Shown here: piece by piece, positions 8,706 through 18,415 of the stretch
Layout: each line of letters starts with the position of its first letter
Position numbering within the stretch: position 1 is the stretch's first letter
Assembly (NCBI GenBank): GCA_946648015.1
Contig: CAMPCZ010000002.1
Coordinates: forward strand, 1 to 40,611
Reading direction: 5' to 3'
DNA: 40,611 nucleotides
Source: an uncultured Clostridia bacterium
Lineage (GTDB): Bacteria; Bacillota; Clostridia; Christensenellales; CAG-1252
Notes under the pieces: generated by a model
Told to the model about the DNA's origin: nothing
Seen by the model: the letters and a program-made list of their open reading frames with translations, nothing else
Database searches by the model: none
Program-made: the position numbers and the translations under genes

Positions 8706-8795
8706 CATAAGGGCGAATAGTTTGGCGTATGTTTGTGCCCGAGCACTTGTAGTCCGCCCAAACCCTCGCGCAATGTCGCGGCCATTGGTCGCAAA

Positions 8796-10328
8796 CTATT
8801 CCCACTCTATGGTGGCGGGCGGCTTGGCCGTGATGTCGTAGACCACGCGATTCACTTTCTTCACCTCGTTGACGATGCGCGTCGATATCGTGGCCAACAC
8901 GTCGTAGGGTATGCGCGCCCAATCCGACGTCATGCCGTCCACCGACGTTACGGCGCGCAAAGCCACCGTGTAGTCGTAGGTGCGCTCGTCGCCCATTACG
9001 CCTACCGAGCGCATATCGGTGAGCACGGCAAAGTATTGCCATATATCGTCGGCCAGCCCCGCTTTGGCTATCTCCTCGCGCAAAATGGCGTCGGCTTCTT
9101 GTACGATCTTGATTTTAGCGCGCGTTATGTTGCCAATGATGCGCACGGCAAGCCCCGGGCCCGGGAAGGGCTGTCGATTGACGATGTAGGCGGGTAGTCC
9201 CAGCGCCAAACCCAGCGCGCGCACTTCGTCCTTGAAAAGACTGCGCAAGGGCTCTATGATCTCTTTGAAATCTACCACCGACGGCAGACCGCCCACGTTG
9301 TGGTGGCTCTTGATGGTGGCGCTTTTGCCCAGCCCGCTTTCGATGACGTCCGGATAGATGGTACCTTGCACCAAAAAGTCGACTTTGCACGACTTTTTGG
9401 CCTCTTCGCCAAATACTTCTATAAAATCTTTGCCGATGATCTTGCGTTTGCGCTCGGGCTCTTTGACGCCCCTTAGGTCGTCGAGGAAGCGCTTGGACGC
9501 GTCCACTTTGACGAGGTTCATTCCCCGCTCGTCGCGGAATACGCGCATCACCTCGTCCGCCTCGTTTTTGCGCAGCAGCCCGTGGTCGACGAAGATGCAA
9601 GTCAAGTTGTCGCCCACCGCACGGTGCACCAAGGTGGCGGCCACCGCACTGTCTACGCCGCCGCTCATGGCGCATAGTACCTTGCCGTCCCCCACTTTGG
9701 CGCGAATGGCGGCCACTTGCTCCCCCACGAAGTCGCTCATCTGCCAATCGCCGTCGGCGTGGCATATGGCATAGAGAAAGTTGCCTAGAATTTTGTTGCC
9801 GTCCCGGGTGTGCGCTACCTCGGGGTGAAATTGCACGGCGTATACGTTGCGCTGCCTGTTTTCGTAGGCGGCTATGGCGCAGGTGGCCGTTTGCGCCGTG
9901 CGTACAAAGCCCTCCGGTAGGGCGGTCACGCAATCGGTATGGCTCATCCAGCACAGGTTTTGCGCGGCCAACCCCGCAAAGAGAGGGCTGTCGCCGTATT
10001 CTATCTCTTTGCGCCCGTATTCGCCCACTGCGGCGTGTTGTACGGTGCCGCCCGACATATGCGCGATGAGTTGCATACCGTAGCAAATGCCCAATATGGG
10101 CACGCCCAACTCGAATATACCGGGGTCTGCTTTGGGCGAATCGGCGCCGAACACGCTTTGCGGCCCGCCTGTGAAAATGATGCCTATCGGGTGATATGCG
10201 GCTATTTGCGCCGCAGTGGCGTCTGCCGATACCAGCACGGCATAAACGTTTTGGTTGCGCACTCTGCGCACGATCAGTTGGTTGTACTGTCCGCCGAAGT
10301 CGACGACTACTATGGTTTGATGCGTCAT
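8796..10328 (-). CDS. guaA: GMP synthase (glutamine-hydrolysing), 510 aa
   Basis: N-terminal class-I glutamine amidotransferase ([10 protein letters not shown], catalytic Cys; HPEV). ATP-PPase P-loop SGGVDSAV. Conserved C-terminal end ...[16 protein letters not shown] upstream. Confidence 0.95.
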   Translation of the reverse strand: MTHQTIVVVDFGGQYNQLIVRRVRNQNVYAVLVSADATAAQIAAYHPIGIIFTGGPQSVFGADSPKADPGIFELGVPILGICYGMQLIAHMSGGTVQHAAVGEYGRKEIEYGDSPLFAGLAAQNLCWMSHTDCVTALPEGFVRTAQTATCAIAAYENRQRNVYAVQFHPEVAHTRDGNKILGNFLYAICHADGDWQMSDFVGEQVAAIRAKVGDGKVLCAMSGGVDSAVAATLVHRAVGDNLTCIFVDHGLLRKNEADEVMRVFRDERGMNLVKVDASKRFLDDLRGVKEPERKRKIIGKDFIEVFGEEAKKSCKVDFLVQGTIYPDVIESGLGKSATIKSHHNVGGLPSVVDFKEIIEPLRSLFKDEVRALGLALGLPAYIVNRQPFPGPGLAVRIIGNITRAKIKIVQEADAILREEIAKAGLADDIWQYFAVLTDMRSVGVMGDERTYDYTVALRAVTSVDGMTSDWARIPYDVLATISTRIVNEVKKVNRVVYDITAKPPATIEWE

Positions 10329-10372
10329 ATAAGTCTCCGTTTGGGTGTATTGGAAGTCGAAACTCTGCGTCT

Positions 10373-10404
10373 ATTGTAGCACAATTCGGCACCTGTCGCT
10401 ATCG
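10373..10404 (-). promoter_or_regulatory. Candidate guaA promoter (extended -10)
   Basis: The minus strand reads TGCTACAAT, i.e. TGn plus TACAAT (-10 at 10373-10378). Only a weak -35 (TAGCGA) is present at 17-nt spacing. The implied leader is about 40 nt. Confidence 0.3.
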
Positions 10405-10661
10405 CGCCGAGCCGCATTTTCCATCGTAAATCGTTGCGTTATTTATAAGGAGCGATTATATCCGCGACTCGGCGTCGCCCGCCAAAGGAAAAAACGCAAA
10501 AGCAATATTTGGAAATTTCGGCCGTATGGTTATGCAAAAAACGTATATTTTTTTCGTCCAACGCGATAGGCTATGCGCACAATAATTCGCGTTTGGCTCG
10601 TTTTATTAAAAAAAATTAGGTTTATGAATTATATTTCACACTTACTTGGCGGGTGTAACGC

Positions 10662-10690
10662 TTGACTTGCCAAGGCGAGTAGTGTATTAT
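10662..10690 (+). promoter_or_regulatory. Sigma70/sigmaA-type promoter of the 27-kb plus-strand gene block
   Basis: TTGACT (10662-10667), 17-nt spacer, TATTAT (10685-10690). It is preceded by a very AT-rich, UP-like stretch (10560-10640). The -10 covers the ATG at 10689, which argues that this ATG is not the start codon. Confidence 0.65.
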
Positions 10691-10739
10691 GTTTAGGTTG
10701 TATAATGCGCGCGCTATGGGCGCGATTTTAGGTGAGAAC

Positions 10740-11894
10740 GTGAAGAGAAAAGTTTTGATTTCTATTTTAATTTTGGTCGTTGCGGCTTTTGCTGCCATGC
10801 TTTTGACCGCTTGCGGCGAGCAAGGCGACTATTCGGCTCAACTCAAAGTCGTATACGAGCTGGAGGGCGGCGTATATCAGAATACGTCTTTGCCCGTTAC
10901 GCTCTATTTCCCCTATGCCGAGGGCGAGTCGGGCACTATCGTCGACCCCATGACCCTTTCGGGCAAAGAGTTCGAGAAAGCGGGCTACGTGCTGGAGGGC
11001 TGGTATCGTGTGAAAAACGGCACCGACGAGGACGCTACCTACGACGGACAATGGCATTTCGATACCGACGTGGCCGCCGGCGGCGATACGCTCACCCTGT
11101 TTGCCAAGTGGAAGCCCGCCGTGGAGTACACTTACAACGTGGTGTATAGGGACGAAACGACGGGCAACGTCGTCAACCTCGGCTCCTATCCCGTGGCGGA
11201 GGGCGACGTTTTTGAGGATTACTTGGGGTATGCTACGCGTCGAGCGGGCTACACCAAATTGGGCTTTGTCGACGCCGAGGGCAACCCTTGGGACGCGGCC
11301 TTTACCCACCCCGGTGGCGCTTCCTCCGTGGCAGTCGACGTGTTTGTCGACTATATCGAGGGCAACTACACGTTGGTGTCCACCGCCGCCGATTTTTCGA
11401 GTGCATTGGGGCGCAACCGCAACATCTATCTGTTGACCGACGTCGACTATGCGGGTGCCAAACTCAAGAGCGCTGCTCGCTATACGGGCGTTATCGAGGG
11501 CAACGGCCATACCGTCGGCGGCTTTGTGTTGGACTACGACGCCAGCGTGGTGGTGGCCGACTACGAGGACGACAGCGCCCAAAGCTTGTACGTTTCGCTG
11601 TTGGGCGACGCCAAGGGCGCCACCGTCCGACATCTTTCGCTCGAGGGCAAGGTAACGCTTGCCTCCACCTACAGCCGTATGAGCGGTACCATCTATTTTG
11701 CGCCGCTGGCCACCGTCTGCGAGGGTAGCCGCTTCGACCAAGTGTCGGCCACCTACGTCTATGCGGTGGGCGCACTGCGCGCGGGCCTTAGCGAAAGCGA
11801 TCTGGTCATTGTGGCCGACAGACTCAGTTATCAAATGGACGGCGCCTCCACCGAGGCCGACTGTTCCGTCAATATCACCAAACAAGGAGAGTGA
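10740..11894 (+). CDS. Lipoprotein with two InlB-type B-repeats (Listeria-Bacteroides repeat) and a GLUG-like C-terminal region, 384 aa
   Basis: GTG start at 10740 with SD AGGTGA. Signal peptide MKRKVLISILILVVAAFAAMLLTAC (lipobox LTAC). B-repeat signature ...GYVLEGWY...WHFDTD...LTLFAKWKP, with a second degenerate copy. The segment YTGVIEGNGHTVGGF...LLGDAKGATVRHLSLEG resembles GLUG/beta-helix modules. Confidence 0.7.
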   Translation: MKRKVLISILILVVAAFAAMLLTACGEQGDYSAQLKVVYELEGGVYQNTSLPVTLYFPYAEGESGTIVDPMTLSGKEFEKAGYVLEGWYRVKNGTDEDATYDGQWHFDTDVAAGGDTLTLFAKWKPAVEYTYNVVYRDETTGNVVNLGSYPVAEGDVFEDYLGYATRRAGYTKLGFVDAEGNPWDAAFTHPGGASSVAVDVFVDYIEGNYTLVSTAADFSSALGRNRNIYLLTDVDYAGAKLKSAARYTGVIEGNGHTVGGFVLDYDASVVVADYEDDSAQSLYVSLLGDAKGATVRHLSLEGKVTLASTYSRMSGTIYFAPLATVCEGSRFDQVSATYVYAVGALRAGLSESDLVIVADRLSYQMDGASTEADCSVNITKQGE

Positions 11895-11896
11895 AT

Positions 11897-14635
11897 ATGA
11901 AAAAAGTTTGGCAAAAAGTATTGTGCGTCATGATGGTGATAGCCATCGTATCCACCGTGTCGGTGGCCTTCGTCGGCTGTGGCAACAAGCCCGCCAATAC
12001 CCCCGGCGACAATTCGGGCGACGGCAAGGGCGAAGGTACGCCCGCCGTATACTACGACAACGAAGCGGACGCGTTGGTTTTCAGCACCCTCGAGTGCGAC
12101 CGCGTGTTTAACCCCTTCTTCTCCACCTCGGGCACGGACAGCAACGTGGTGGGCATGACCCAAATCGGCATGATGGGCAACAATTCGGCCGGCGAGCCCG
12201 TATGGGGCGACGACGAGGCCGTCATCGCCAAGGACGTGCAGATCGTTACCCAAGGTACCGAAAACGTGGATCAAACCACCACCTACTACTTCGTGATGAA
12301 AAACAACGTCAAGTTCTCCAACGGCAGTCCCCTCACCATCAAGGACGTGCTGTTCAATTACTACGTGTATCTCGACCCCGTATATAGCGGCAGCAGCACC
12401 ATCTACAGCACCGATATAGTGGGCCTCAAGGAGTACCGCACGCAGCAATCGAGCGAGACCGAGCAGGACAATTTCAACCTGCAATTCCAAGTGGCGGCGC
12501 AAGCGCGTATGGACGCGCTCATTCAGTTGGCAGGCGACATTCTCGACGACAACGACAACGCCGTGGATTTGGACGAGATGCGTAGCGAATTGCAAACGCG
12601 TTCGGGCGCTATGGGCGCCGGCTACGCCAACGTGGTGGCCGACTTCGACAAAACCGTGGAGTTGTTCCGCCAAGAGCTCAACGACGACTACAGCAACTCG
12701 CTCAACAGCTACCAAGACATTACCTTCAAAGACGCCGAAGGTAACGTGTACAAAAATCTGTTGACCACCGACGTAGAGGCGTTTTTGTACAACGAAGGTC
12801 TTATCGGTTGGAACAAAAAGGACGCCGAATTGACCTCGGCCTTTACCACCGGCAACGCGCGTGTCGACTCGACGGTGTTCGATACCATTCGCTCTTGGAG
12901 CAAAGAGCAAGCCATCGAGGTGGTGTTCGATAGCAAAATGCCCAAGGATATAGCCGAAGTGCTGACCTATTGGGCCACCAGTTCGGCCCTCAACGAGTAC
13001 CTTGTCAACCAAGCTATGGAGTCCTACTTCAGCGACGGTAGCAAGCGTACTTACACCAACATTTCGGGCATCAAATTCGCCAACCGCAGCGAGGCCGTCG
13101 TCGTCAACGGCACCACGTACCAAGTGCCCCAATACAATGCGGACGGTTCGCCCGCAGCAGGCTCCAACGAGGTGCTATCCATCACCATCAACGGCGTGGA
13201 TCCCAAGGCGATATGGAACTTCTCCATCGGTGTGGCGCCCATGTACTACTACTCGGACGCCGAGCATATCGCGGCCGCCAACGCAGCCGATTGGTATGAA
13301 AACGACGCCTTTGGCGTGGAGTATGCCAGCCAAACCTTTATGAACAACGTGGTCAAAAACTCGGCCAAGATCGGCGTGCCCGTAGGTGCGGGCGCCTATG
13401 CGGCCAGCAAGTCTTCGGGCGGCCTCGACAACGTGCAAGCGGGTGACTTCTACAGTTTGGGCGTCATCTACTTCGAGCGCAATCCCTATTTTGCCAGCGT
13501 ATCGCCTACCCACCAAAACGCCGAGATCAAAAAAGTGCGTTTCAAGGTGGTAGGTTCCGCGCATATGTTGGACAGCTTGTACAACAGCGAGGTGGACTTT
13601 GCCGAGCCCAACTGCAAGCCCGAGACCATCAGCCAACTCAATGCGCGCAAGAGCCAAGGCATCGGCAACCAATCCATTCGTACCGCGGGCTACGGCTACA
13701 TCGGCGTGAACGCGGGCAAGGTGCAGGCCCTCAACGTGCGCCGCGCCATTATGTATTGCATCAACACCCAAGAGTGCGTGGACTACTACAAGACTTCGGC
13801 ATCGGCCATCTATCGCAGTATGTCCCTGAGCAGCTGGGCCTATCCCAAGGGTGCCATCAGCTACTATCCCTACATCGCAGGCCCCATTCCCGCGGGTGAT
13901 CTGCAAGCGATGGCCGCCGCCAACAAGGTGGACCAAGCATACGCCGACTTTGTGGCCGACACGGGCAAAAAGGCCGGGCAATACTTTACCGCCGCCGAGC
14001 AAGAGTCGTTTATTACGGGGTTGGTGGAGAATGCCGGCTACCGTCTCAACGGCAACGGCACCTATCAAAAGGGCAGCGACGTGCTCAAATACACCTTTAC
14101 CATAGCGGGCGAAGAGACCGACCACCCCGCCTACAACGCTATGAATCACGCCAGCGAGTTGCTCAATAAATGGGGCTTTGAAATCAACGTCACCACCGAC
14201 AGCAACGCACTCAAAAAGTTGGCTACGGGCGACCTTACCGTGTGGGCGGCCGCTTGGGGCAGCACCATCGACCCCGATATGTACCAAGTGTACCACAAGG
14301 ACAGCAAGGCCAGCTCGGTGCTGAACTGGGGCTACAAGCAAATATTGCAAAACGTCAACGGCAAATACGACGTGGAGATGGAGATATTGGATCGCTTGAG
14401 CGACCTCATCGACGCGGGCCGCCGCACCAACGACCAAAACCGCCGCGCCAACATCTATTCGCAAGCGTTGGACGACGTGATGGAGTTGGCGGTGGAATTG
14501 CCCACCTACCAACGCGACGACTTGTTTGCTTACAACGCGGCCAAGATCGACGTCAACTCTTTCAACAAAGACGTGTCGCCCTACACCGGCCTGACCAGCG
14601 ACATCTACAGCGTGAGCCTTATCGTCGAGCGCTAA
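11897..14635 (+). CDS. ABC transporter substrate-binding lipoprotein, family 5 (Opp/Dpp/Nik type), unusually large (912 aa)
   Basis: ATG at 11897 with SD AAGGAGAG. Lipobox AFVGC. SBP_bac_5-like blocks VFNPFF, YYFVMKNNVKFSNGSPLTIKDVLFNY, GAGAY, FERNPYF, GYGYIGVN and WAAAWGSTIDPDMYQVY. Confidence 0.85.
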   Translation: MKKVWQKVLCVMMVIAIVSTVSVAFVGCGNKPANTPGDNSGDGKGEGTPAVYYDNEADALVFSTLECDRVFNPFFSTSGTDSNVVGMTQIGMMGNNSAGEPVWGDDEAVIAKDVQIVTQGTENVDQTTTYYFVMKNNVKFSNGSPLTIKDVLFNYYVYLDPVYSGSSTIYSTDIVGLKEYRTQQSSETEQDNFNLQFQVAAQARMDALIQLAGDILDDNDNAVDLDEMRSELQTRSGAMGAGYANVVADFDKTVELFRQELNDDYSNSLNSYQDITFKDAEGNVYKNLLTTDVEAFLYNEGLIGWNKKDAELTSAFTTGNARVDSTVFDTIRSWSKEQAIEVVFDSKMPKDIAEVLTYWATSSALNEYLVNQAMESYFSDGSKRTYTNISGIKFANRSEAVVVNGTTYQVPQYNADGSPAAGSNEVLSITINGVDPKAIWNFSIGVAPMYYYSDAEHIAAANAADWYENDAFGVEYASQTFMNNVVKNSAKIGVPVGAGAYAASKSSGGLDNVQAGDFYSLGVIYFERNPYFASVSPTHQNAEIKKVRFKVVGSAHMLDSLYNSEVDFAEPNCKPETISQLNARKSQGIGNQSIRTAGYGYIGVNAGKVQALNVRRAIMYCINTQECVDYYKTSASAIYRSMSLSSWAYPKGAISYYPYIAGPIPAGDLQAMAAANKVDQAYADFVADTGKKAGQYFTAAEQESFITGLVENAGYRLNGNGTYQKGSDVLKYTFTIAGEETDHPAYNAMNHASELLNKWGFEINVTTDSNALKKLATGDLTVWAAAWGSTIDPDMYQVYHKDSKASSVLNWGYKQILQNVNGKYDVEMEILDRLSDLIDAGRRTNDQNRRANIYSQALDDVMELAVELPTYQRDDLFAYNAAKIDVNSFNKDVSPYTGLTSDIYSVSLIVER

Positions 14636-14644
14636 GCCAATAGC

Positions 14645-14666
14645 GGCGCCCGTTGCGGCGGGCGCC
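14645..14666 (+). promoter_or_regulatory. GC-rich intercistronic stem-loop after the SBP gene (no U-tract)
   Basis: GGCGCCCG (14645-14652) pairs perfectly with CGGGCGCC (14659-14666) around the loop TTGCGG. It lies in the only sizeable gap (46 nt) of the operon, so it is a likely partial terminator or mRNA-stabilising element. Confidence 0.5.
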
Positions 14667-14680
14667 CCACTACCAAAGCA

Positions 14681-16099
14681 ATGTTCAGATATATCGTCAA
14701 AAGACTACTGCTATCCGTCATCATCTTGCTGGGCGTGTCGGTCATCATCTATACGATGGTGCGCCTTATGCCCTCCGATTATGTGGATACCAAATATGCA
14801 CAGCAGTTGCAGACCGGCTCGATAACGCAGGACGACATCGACCGCTTCAAGGAAAGTTACGGCATCAATATGCCCGACGCTTTCGTCTACCTCTCCCTCG
14901 ATATGGACGGGGAGACGGTGCGGTTTGCCCGTAGCGTCAAACGCGCGGCCTACGCCGACCTCGAGGAGGGGCTGGCGGTGGTGCGTGACGCCGAGACCGA
15001 TACGGCGCGCCAAAACGCAATGGCGGGGCTGGACGGCACCGTCAAAGGCTTTGTCGCGGGCAACTATCGCTATCAAAACTACGTGTTGCAGTTGACCGAC
15101 AACGGTACGGCCAGTTTGCAATACAAAGAGGATGTGGACGGCAAAACCGTCACCTCCACCCGCGGTACGGGCACCTACGACGCTTCGTTCGACGGTCAAC
15201 TTCACCTGTCGGTGTCCGTTTCGCTCGCCGCCGGCAAGACGTTGGCAGGCAACGCGGTCGACTACAAGGTGGCCTCGGGCTGGGACAAATTCGTATCCAT
15301 TCTCAAAGGTTACTTTACTTGGATAGGCAATTTGCTCAAGGGTGACTTGGGCATGAGCTTCAAGTACGAAAAACCCGTGGCGCAGGTCATCGGCGAAAAC
15401 ATGTGGATATCCTTCGCCATCGCGTTGGTCGCTACCATCTTGCAGTTTTTGATCGCCATTCCCTTGGGCGTCAGCAGCGCCACCCATCAATATTCGGCGC
15501 GCGACTACATCGTTACCGTGTTTACGATGATAGGTCTGTCGCTACCCACCTATTTCTTTGCCGCCATCGCCATCAAGGTGTTTGCGGTCGACTTGGGGTG
15601 GTTGCCTTCGTCGGGATTGCTGTCGGCCTCGGCCAACTATACCAACGACTTCGCGGGGCAAATGCACAAGTTCGGCGATATCGTGCAGCACATGATATTG
15701 CCCATTTTCGTGTCCGTCATATTGTCGTTGGGCGGCCTTATGCGCTACACCCGCACCAATACGCTGGAGGTGTTGGGCGCCGACTACATTCGTACCGCGC
15801 GCGCCAAAGGCCTGAGCGAAAAGAAAGTCATTTACAAGCACGCGTTCCGCAATACCCTCATACCGTTGGCCACCCTGCTGGCGGGCATTTTGCCCTCCCT
15901 TTTCGGCGGTATGATGATCACCGAGCAAGTGTTTGGCATCGACGGTATCGGCCGCTTGGCGTACCAGGCCCTCAAAGAGGGCGACGTACCCTTCGTAATG
16001 GGGTACAATATGTTTTTGGCAATATTGACGGTCATCGGCACGTTGCTGTCCGACCTGATGTATTCCATCGTGGATCCGCGCGTTTCGCTGGGAAAGTAG
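14681..16099 (+). CDS. ABC transporter permease (OppB/DppB type) with an enlarged extracytoplasmic loop, 472 aa
   Basis: N-terminus MFRYIVKRLLLSVIILLGVSVIIYTMVRLMP. EAA-loop region DYIRTARAKGLSEKKVIYKHAFRN. The loop between TM1 and TM2 is about 205 aa. Confidence 0.88.
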   Translation: MFRYIVKRLLLSVIILLGVSVIIYTMVRLMPSDYVDTKYAQQLQTGSITQDDIDRFKESYGINMPDAFVYLSLDMDGETVRFARSVKRAAYADLEEGLAVVRDAETDTARQNAMAGLDGTVKGFVAGNYRYQNYVLQLTDNGTASLQYKEDVDGKTVTSTRGTGTYDASFDGQLHLSVSVSLAAGKTLAGNAVDYKVASGWDKFVSILKGYFTWIGNLLKGDLGMSFKYEKPVAQVIGENMWISFAIALVATILQFLIAIPLGVSSATHQYSARDYIVTVFTMIGLSLPTYFFAAIAIKVFAVDLGWLPSSGLLSASANYTNDFAGQMHKFGDIVQHMILPIFVSVILSLGGLMRYTRTNTLEVLGADYIRTARAKGLSEKKVIYKHAFRNTLIPLATLLAGILPSLFGGMMITEQVFGIDGIGRLAYQALKEGDVPFVMGYNMFLAILTVIGTLLSDLMYSIVDPRVSLGK

Positions 16100-16105
16100 G
16101 TGCTT

Positions 16106-17248
16106 ATGGACGAAATGAATAGTAATAATACCGAGCTTTTGCAAGAGGAATCCGCGCAAGAGCAAATGATAGAAGAAACCGTCGAAGCCGAGGTCGCCCA
16201 AGAGGCCACCGAGGCCCAACGCAGCGAGACGCTCTCCACCGCCGAAGCCGAGGATAGAGCGCGCAACCAAGAAACCTACCGCGAGATGAGCCCCGCAAGG
16301 CTCATTGCCCGCCGCTTTTTCCGCAGCAAACTGTCGATAGTGGGTTTGGTGATGATCGTCTTTTTGTTCCTGTTCTCCTTTTTGGGCCCCGTGGTGTATG
16401 ACAAGTGGGGAGAGGAGACGGTGGACCGCAGCGAAGTGGTGCAATATATTACCGAAACCTACACCTATGTGGGTGCCGACGGCGAGGAAATGACGGTAAC
16501 GCAAGTGTTGCAACACTCCGACTACAACTATTTGGCAGGCCCCTCGGCCGAGCACTTGCTGGGCACCGACGACAAGGGTATGGACGTATTTGTGCGCCTT
16601 ATGTACGGCGGCCGCATCTCTCTGATGATAGGCTTTATCGTCGTCATTTTGGAGACGCTCATCGGCGTGATATTGGGCGGTATAGCCGGCTACTTCGGCG
16701 GTTGGGTAGACCAAGTGATCATGCGCGTGGTGGATATCTTCAACTGCATACCCACCTTGCCCATTTTGCTGATAGCCTCTGCCGTCATAGACAGCTGGAA
16801 CATTTCGGCCGACAAGCGCATCTATCTGCTGATGGTCATCATCACCTTGTTCAGTTGGAGCGGCGTGGCGCGCTTGGTGCGCGGCCAAATATTGGGCCTG
16901 CGCGAGCAGGAATATATCACCGCCACCGAGGTGATGGGCATGCCCACATGGCGCAAAATATTCGTGCATCTTATCCCCAACGTAATGCCCCAACTGATCG
17001 TCAGCATGACCTTGGGTCTGGGCAGCGTTATTCTGTACGAGTCCACCTTGTCCTACCTGGGCTTGGGCGTGCAGTTGCCCAAGGCCGCTTGGGGTACTAT
17101 GATCGCCACCAGCAACGATCCCACGGTGTTGAGCTACCACGTCAATATGTGGTTGCCGGCGGGTATTATGATCGTCATCGCCGTGCTGGGCTTTAACTTT
17201 GTGGGCGACGGTTTGCGCGACGCTATGGATCCTAAGGCAAAGAAATAA
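16106..17248 (+). CDS. ABC transporter permease (OppC/DppC type) with an acidic N-terminal extension, 380 aa
   Basis: HLLGTDDKGMDVFVRLMYGGRISL and EYITATEVMGMPTWRKIFVHLIPN are OppC signatures. The ATG at 16106 is preferred, but the GTG at 16100, directly after the upstream stop, is an alternative start. Confidence 0.85.
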   Translation: MDEMNSNNTELLQEESAQEQMIEETVEAEVAQEATEAQRSETLSTAEAEDRARNQETYREMSPARLIARRFFRSKLSIVGLVMIVFLFLFSFLGPVVYDKWGEETVDRSEVVQYITETYTYVGADGEEMTVTQVLQHSDYNYLAGPSAEHLLGTDDKGMDVFVRLMYGGRISLMIGFIVVILETLIGVILGGIAGYFGGWVDQVIMRVVDIFNCIPTLPILLIASAVIDSWNISADKRIYLLMVIITLFSWSGVARLVRGQILGLREQEYITATEVMGMPTWRKIFVHLIPNVMPQLIVSMTLGLGSVILYESTLSYLGLGVQLPKAAWGTMIATSNDPTVLSYHVNMWLPAGIMIVIAVLGFNFVGDGLRDAMDPKAKK

Positions 17249-17250
17249 CT

Positions 17251-18414
17251 ATGAAAAAGAAAAAAGAAACCAATTACATAAGCATACGCGAGAGCCGCAA
17301 GATCATTCGAGAGAACGTGCGGCAAATGCGCTATTACGAAAAGCTCAAGCGCAAGCCCAAAAGCCCCGCCGAGTATACCACCGTTATGCACGATGAAAAC
17401 AATCTCATCGAGTTGGACAATCTTCAAACTTGCTTCTTTACCGACAACGGTACGGTGATGAGCGTCAACGGCGTCAGCTTCGACATTCCCAAAAACAAGA
17501 TAGTGGGCGTGGTGGGCGAGTCGGGTTGCGGCAAGTCGGTAACGAGCTTGTCCATCATGCAGTTGGTGCAAGCCCCCCAAGGACAGGTGGTCGGCGGCGA
17601 GATCCGCTACAATGCCGAGGAGTTGGGCCGCGACGCCGAGGGCAACAAGATCGCCTACGACATAGCGCGCACGCCCACCAAAGAGATGTATAAAATACGC
17701 GGCAAGGATATCACGATGATATTTCAGGAGCCCATGACCAGCCTCAACCCCGTGTTTACCATCGGCAACCAACTCGACGAGGTGAGTTTCGTACACACGC
17801 CCAACATCGACAAGGCCGCGGCCAAGGCGCACAGCATAGATATGCTCAAAAAGGTGGGTATCGCCATGCCCGAGCACGTGTACGAGAGTTATCCGCACGA
17901 GTTGTCCGGCGGTATGCGCCAGCGCGTGATGATCTCTATGGCGTTGGCGGGCAACCCCCGCTTGATCATAGCGGACGAGCCTACCACCGCGTTGGACGTT
18001 ACCATTCAGGCACAAATTCTCGAGTTGCTCAAGGAGCTGCAAAAGCGCGAGGGGTGTAGCATCATGCTCATTACGCACGACTTGGGCGTCATTGCCGAGA
18101 TGGCGGACGAGGTGGTAGTGATGTATGCCGGCAAAGTGATAGAAAAGGGCACCGCGCGAGAGATATTCCACAACCCCATGCACCCCTACACCATTGGTTT
18201 GCAAAAGAGCAAACCCCTCATCACTTCGGCCTCCGACGAGCCGCTCTATTCGATACCCGGGCAGGTACCCAATCCCATCAATCTGCCCAACTGCTGCTAT
18301 TTCAAAAATCGTTGCAACCGCGCTTGCGAGCGTTGCAACGGGCAATATCCACCCGAAATAAAGGTGAGCGACACGCACTACGTGTCCTGTTACCTGTACG
18401 ATAGCGAGGACTAA
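17251..18414 (+). CDS. ABC transporter ATP-binding protein (OppD type), 387 aa
   Basis: Walker A GESGCGKS, signature LSGGMRQRV, Walker [13 protein letters not shown], and an oligo_HPY-type C-terminus MHPYTIGL plus a Cys cluster. A basic N-terminal extension of about 45 aa results if the ATG at 17251, 2 nt after the upstream stop, is used. The internal ATG at 17386 lacks an SD. Confidence 0.88.
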   Translation: MKKKKETNYISIRESRKIIRENVRQMRYYEKLKRKPKSPAEYTTVMHDENNLIELDNLQTCFFTDNGTVMSVNGVSFDIPKNKIVGVVGESGCGKSVTSLSIMQLVQAPQGQVVGGEIRYNAEELGRDAEGNKIAYDIARTPTKEMYKIRGKDITMIFQEPMTSLNPVFTIGNQLDEVSFVHTPNIDKAAAKAHSIDMLKKVGIAMPEHVYESYPHELSGGMRQRVMISMALAGNPRLIIADEPTTALDVTIQAQILELLKELQKREGCSIMLITHDLGVIAEMADEVVVMYAGKVIEKGTAREIFHNPMHPYTIGLQKSKPLITSASDEPLYSIPGQVPNPINLPNCCYFKNRCNRACERCNGQYPPEIKVSDTHYVSCYLYDSED

Positions 18415-18415
18415 G

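Noticed and set aside
8528-8795. Possible T-box, riboswitch or attenuator upstream of the thr operon
   Set aside because: I looked for a T-box core (…GGGTGGTACCGCG-like), a specifier-loop context and a Thr/Ile-rich leader peptide, and found none by eye. An Rfam scan is needed before excluding it.
9115-10392. 425-aa minus-strand ORF overlapping guaA in another frame
   Set aside because: It is an Arg-rich out-of-frame product. The guaA frame has the GATase and PP-loop signatures.
10329-10660. Possible purine riboswitch in the guaA leader
   Set aside because: No match by eye to the conserved purine-riboswitch junction sequences (…TATA…GGATATGG…CCGTAAA…GACTA…). The candidate promoter also leaves only about a 40-nt leader.
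10689-10739. ATG at 10689 as the start of the first operon gene (ORF-track start)
   Set aside because: That ATG lies inside the predicted -10 hexamer. The downstream GTG at 10740 has an AGGTGA SD and gives a canonical lipoprotein signal peptide.
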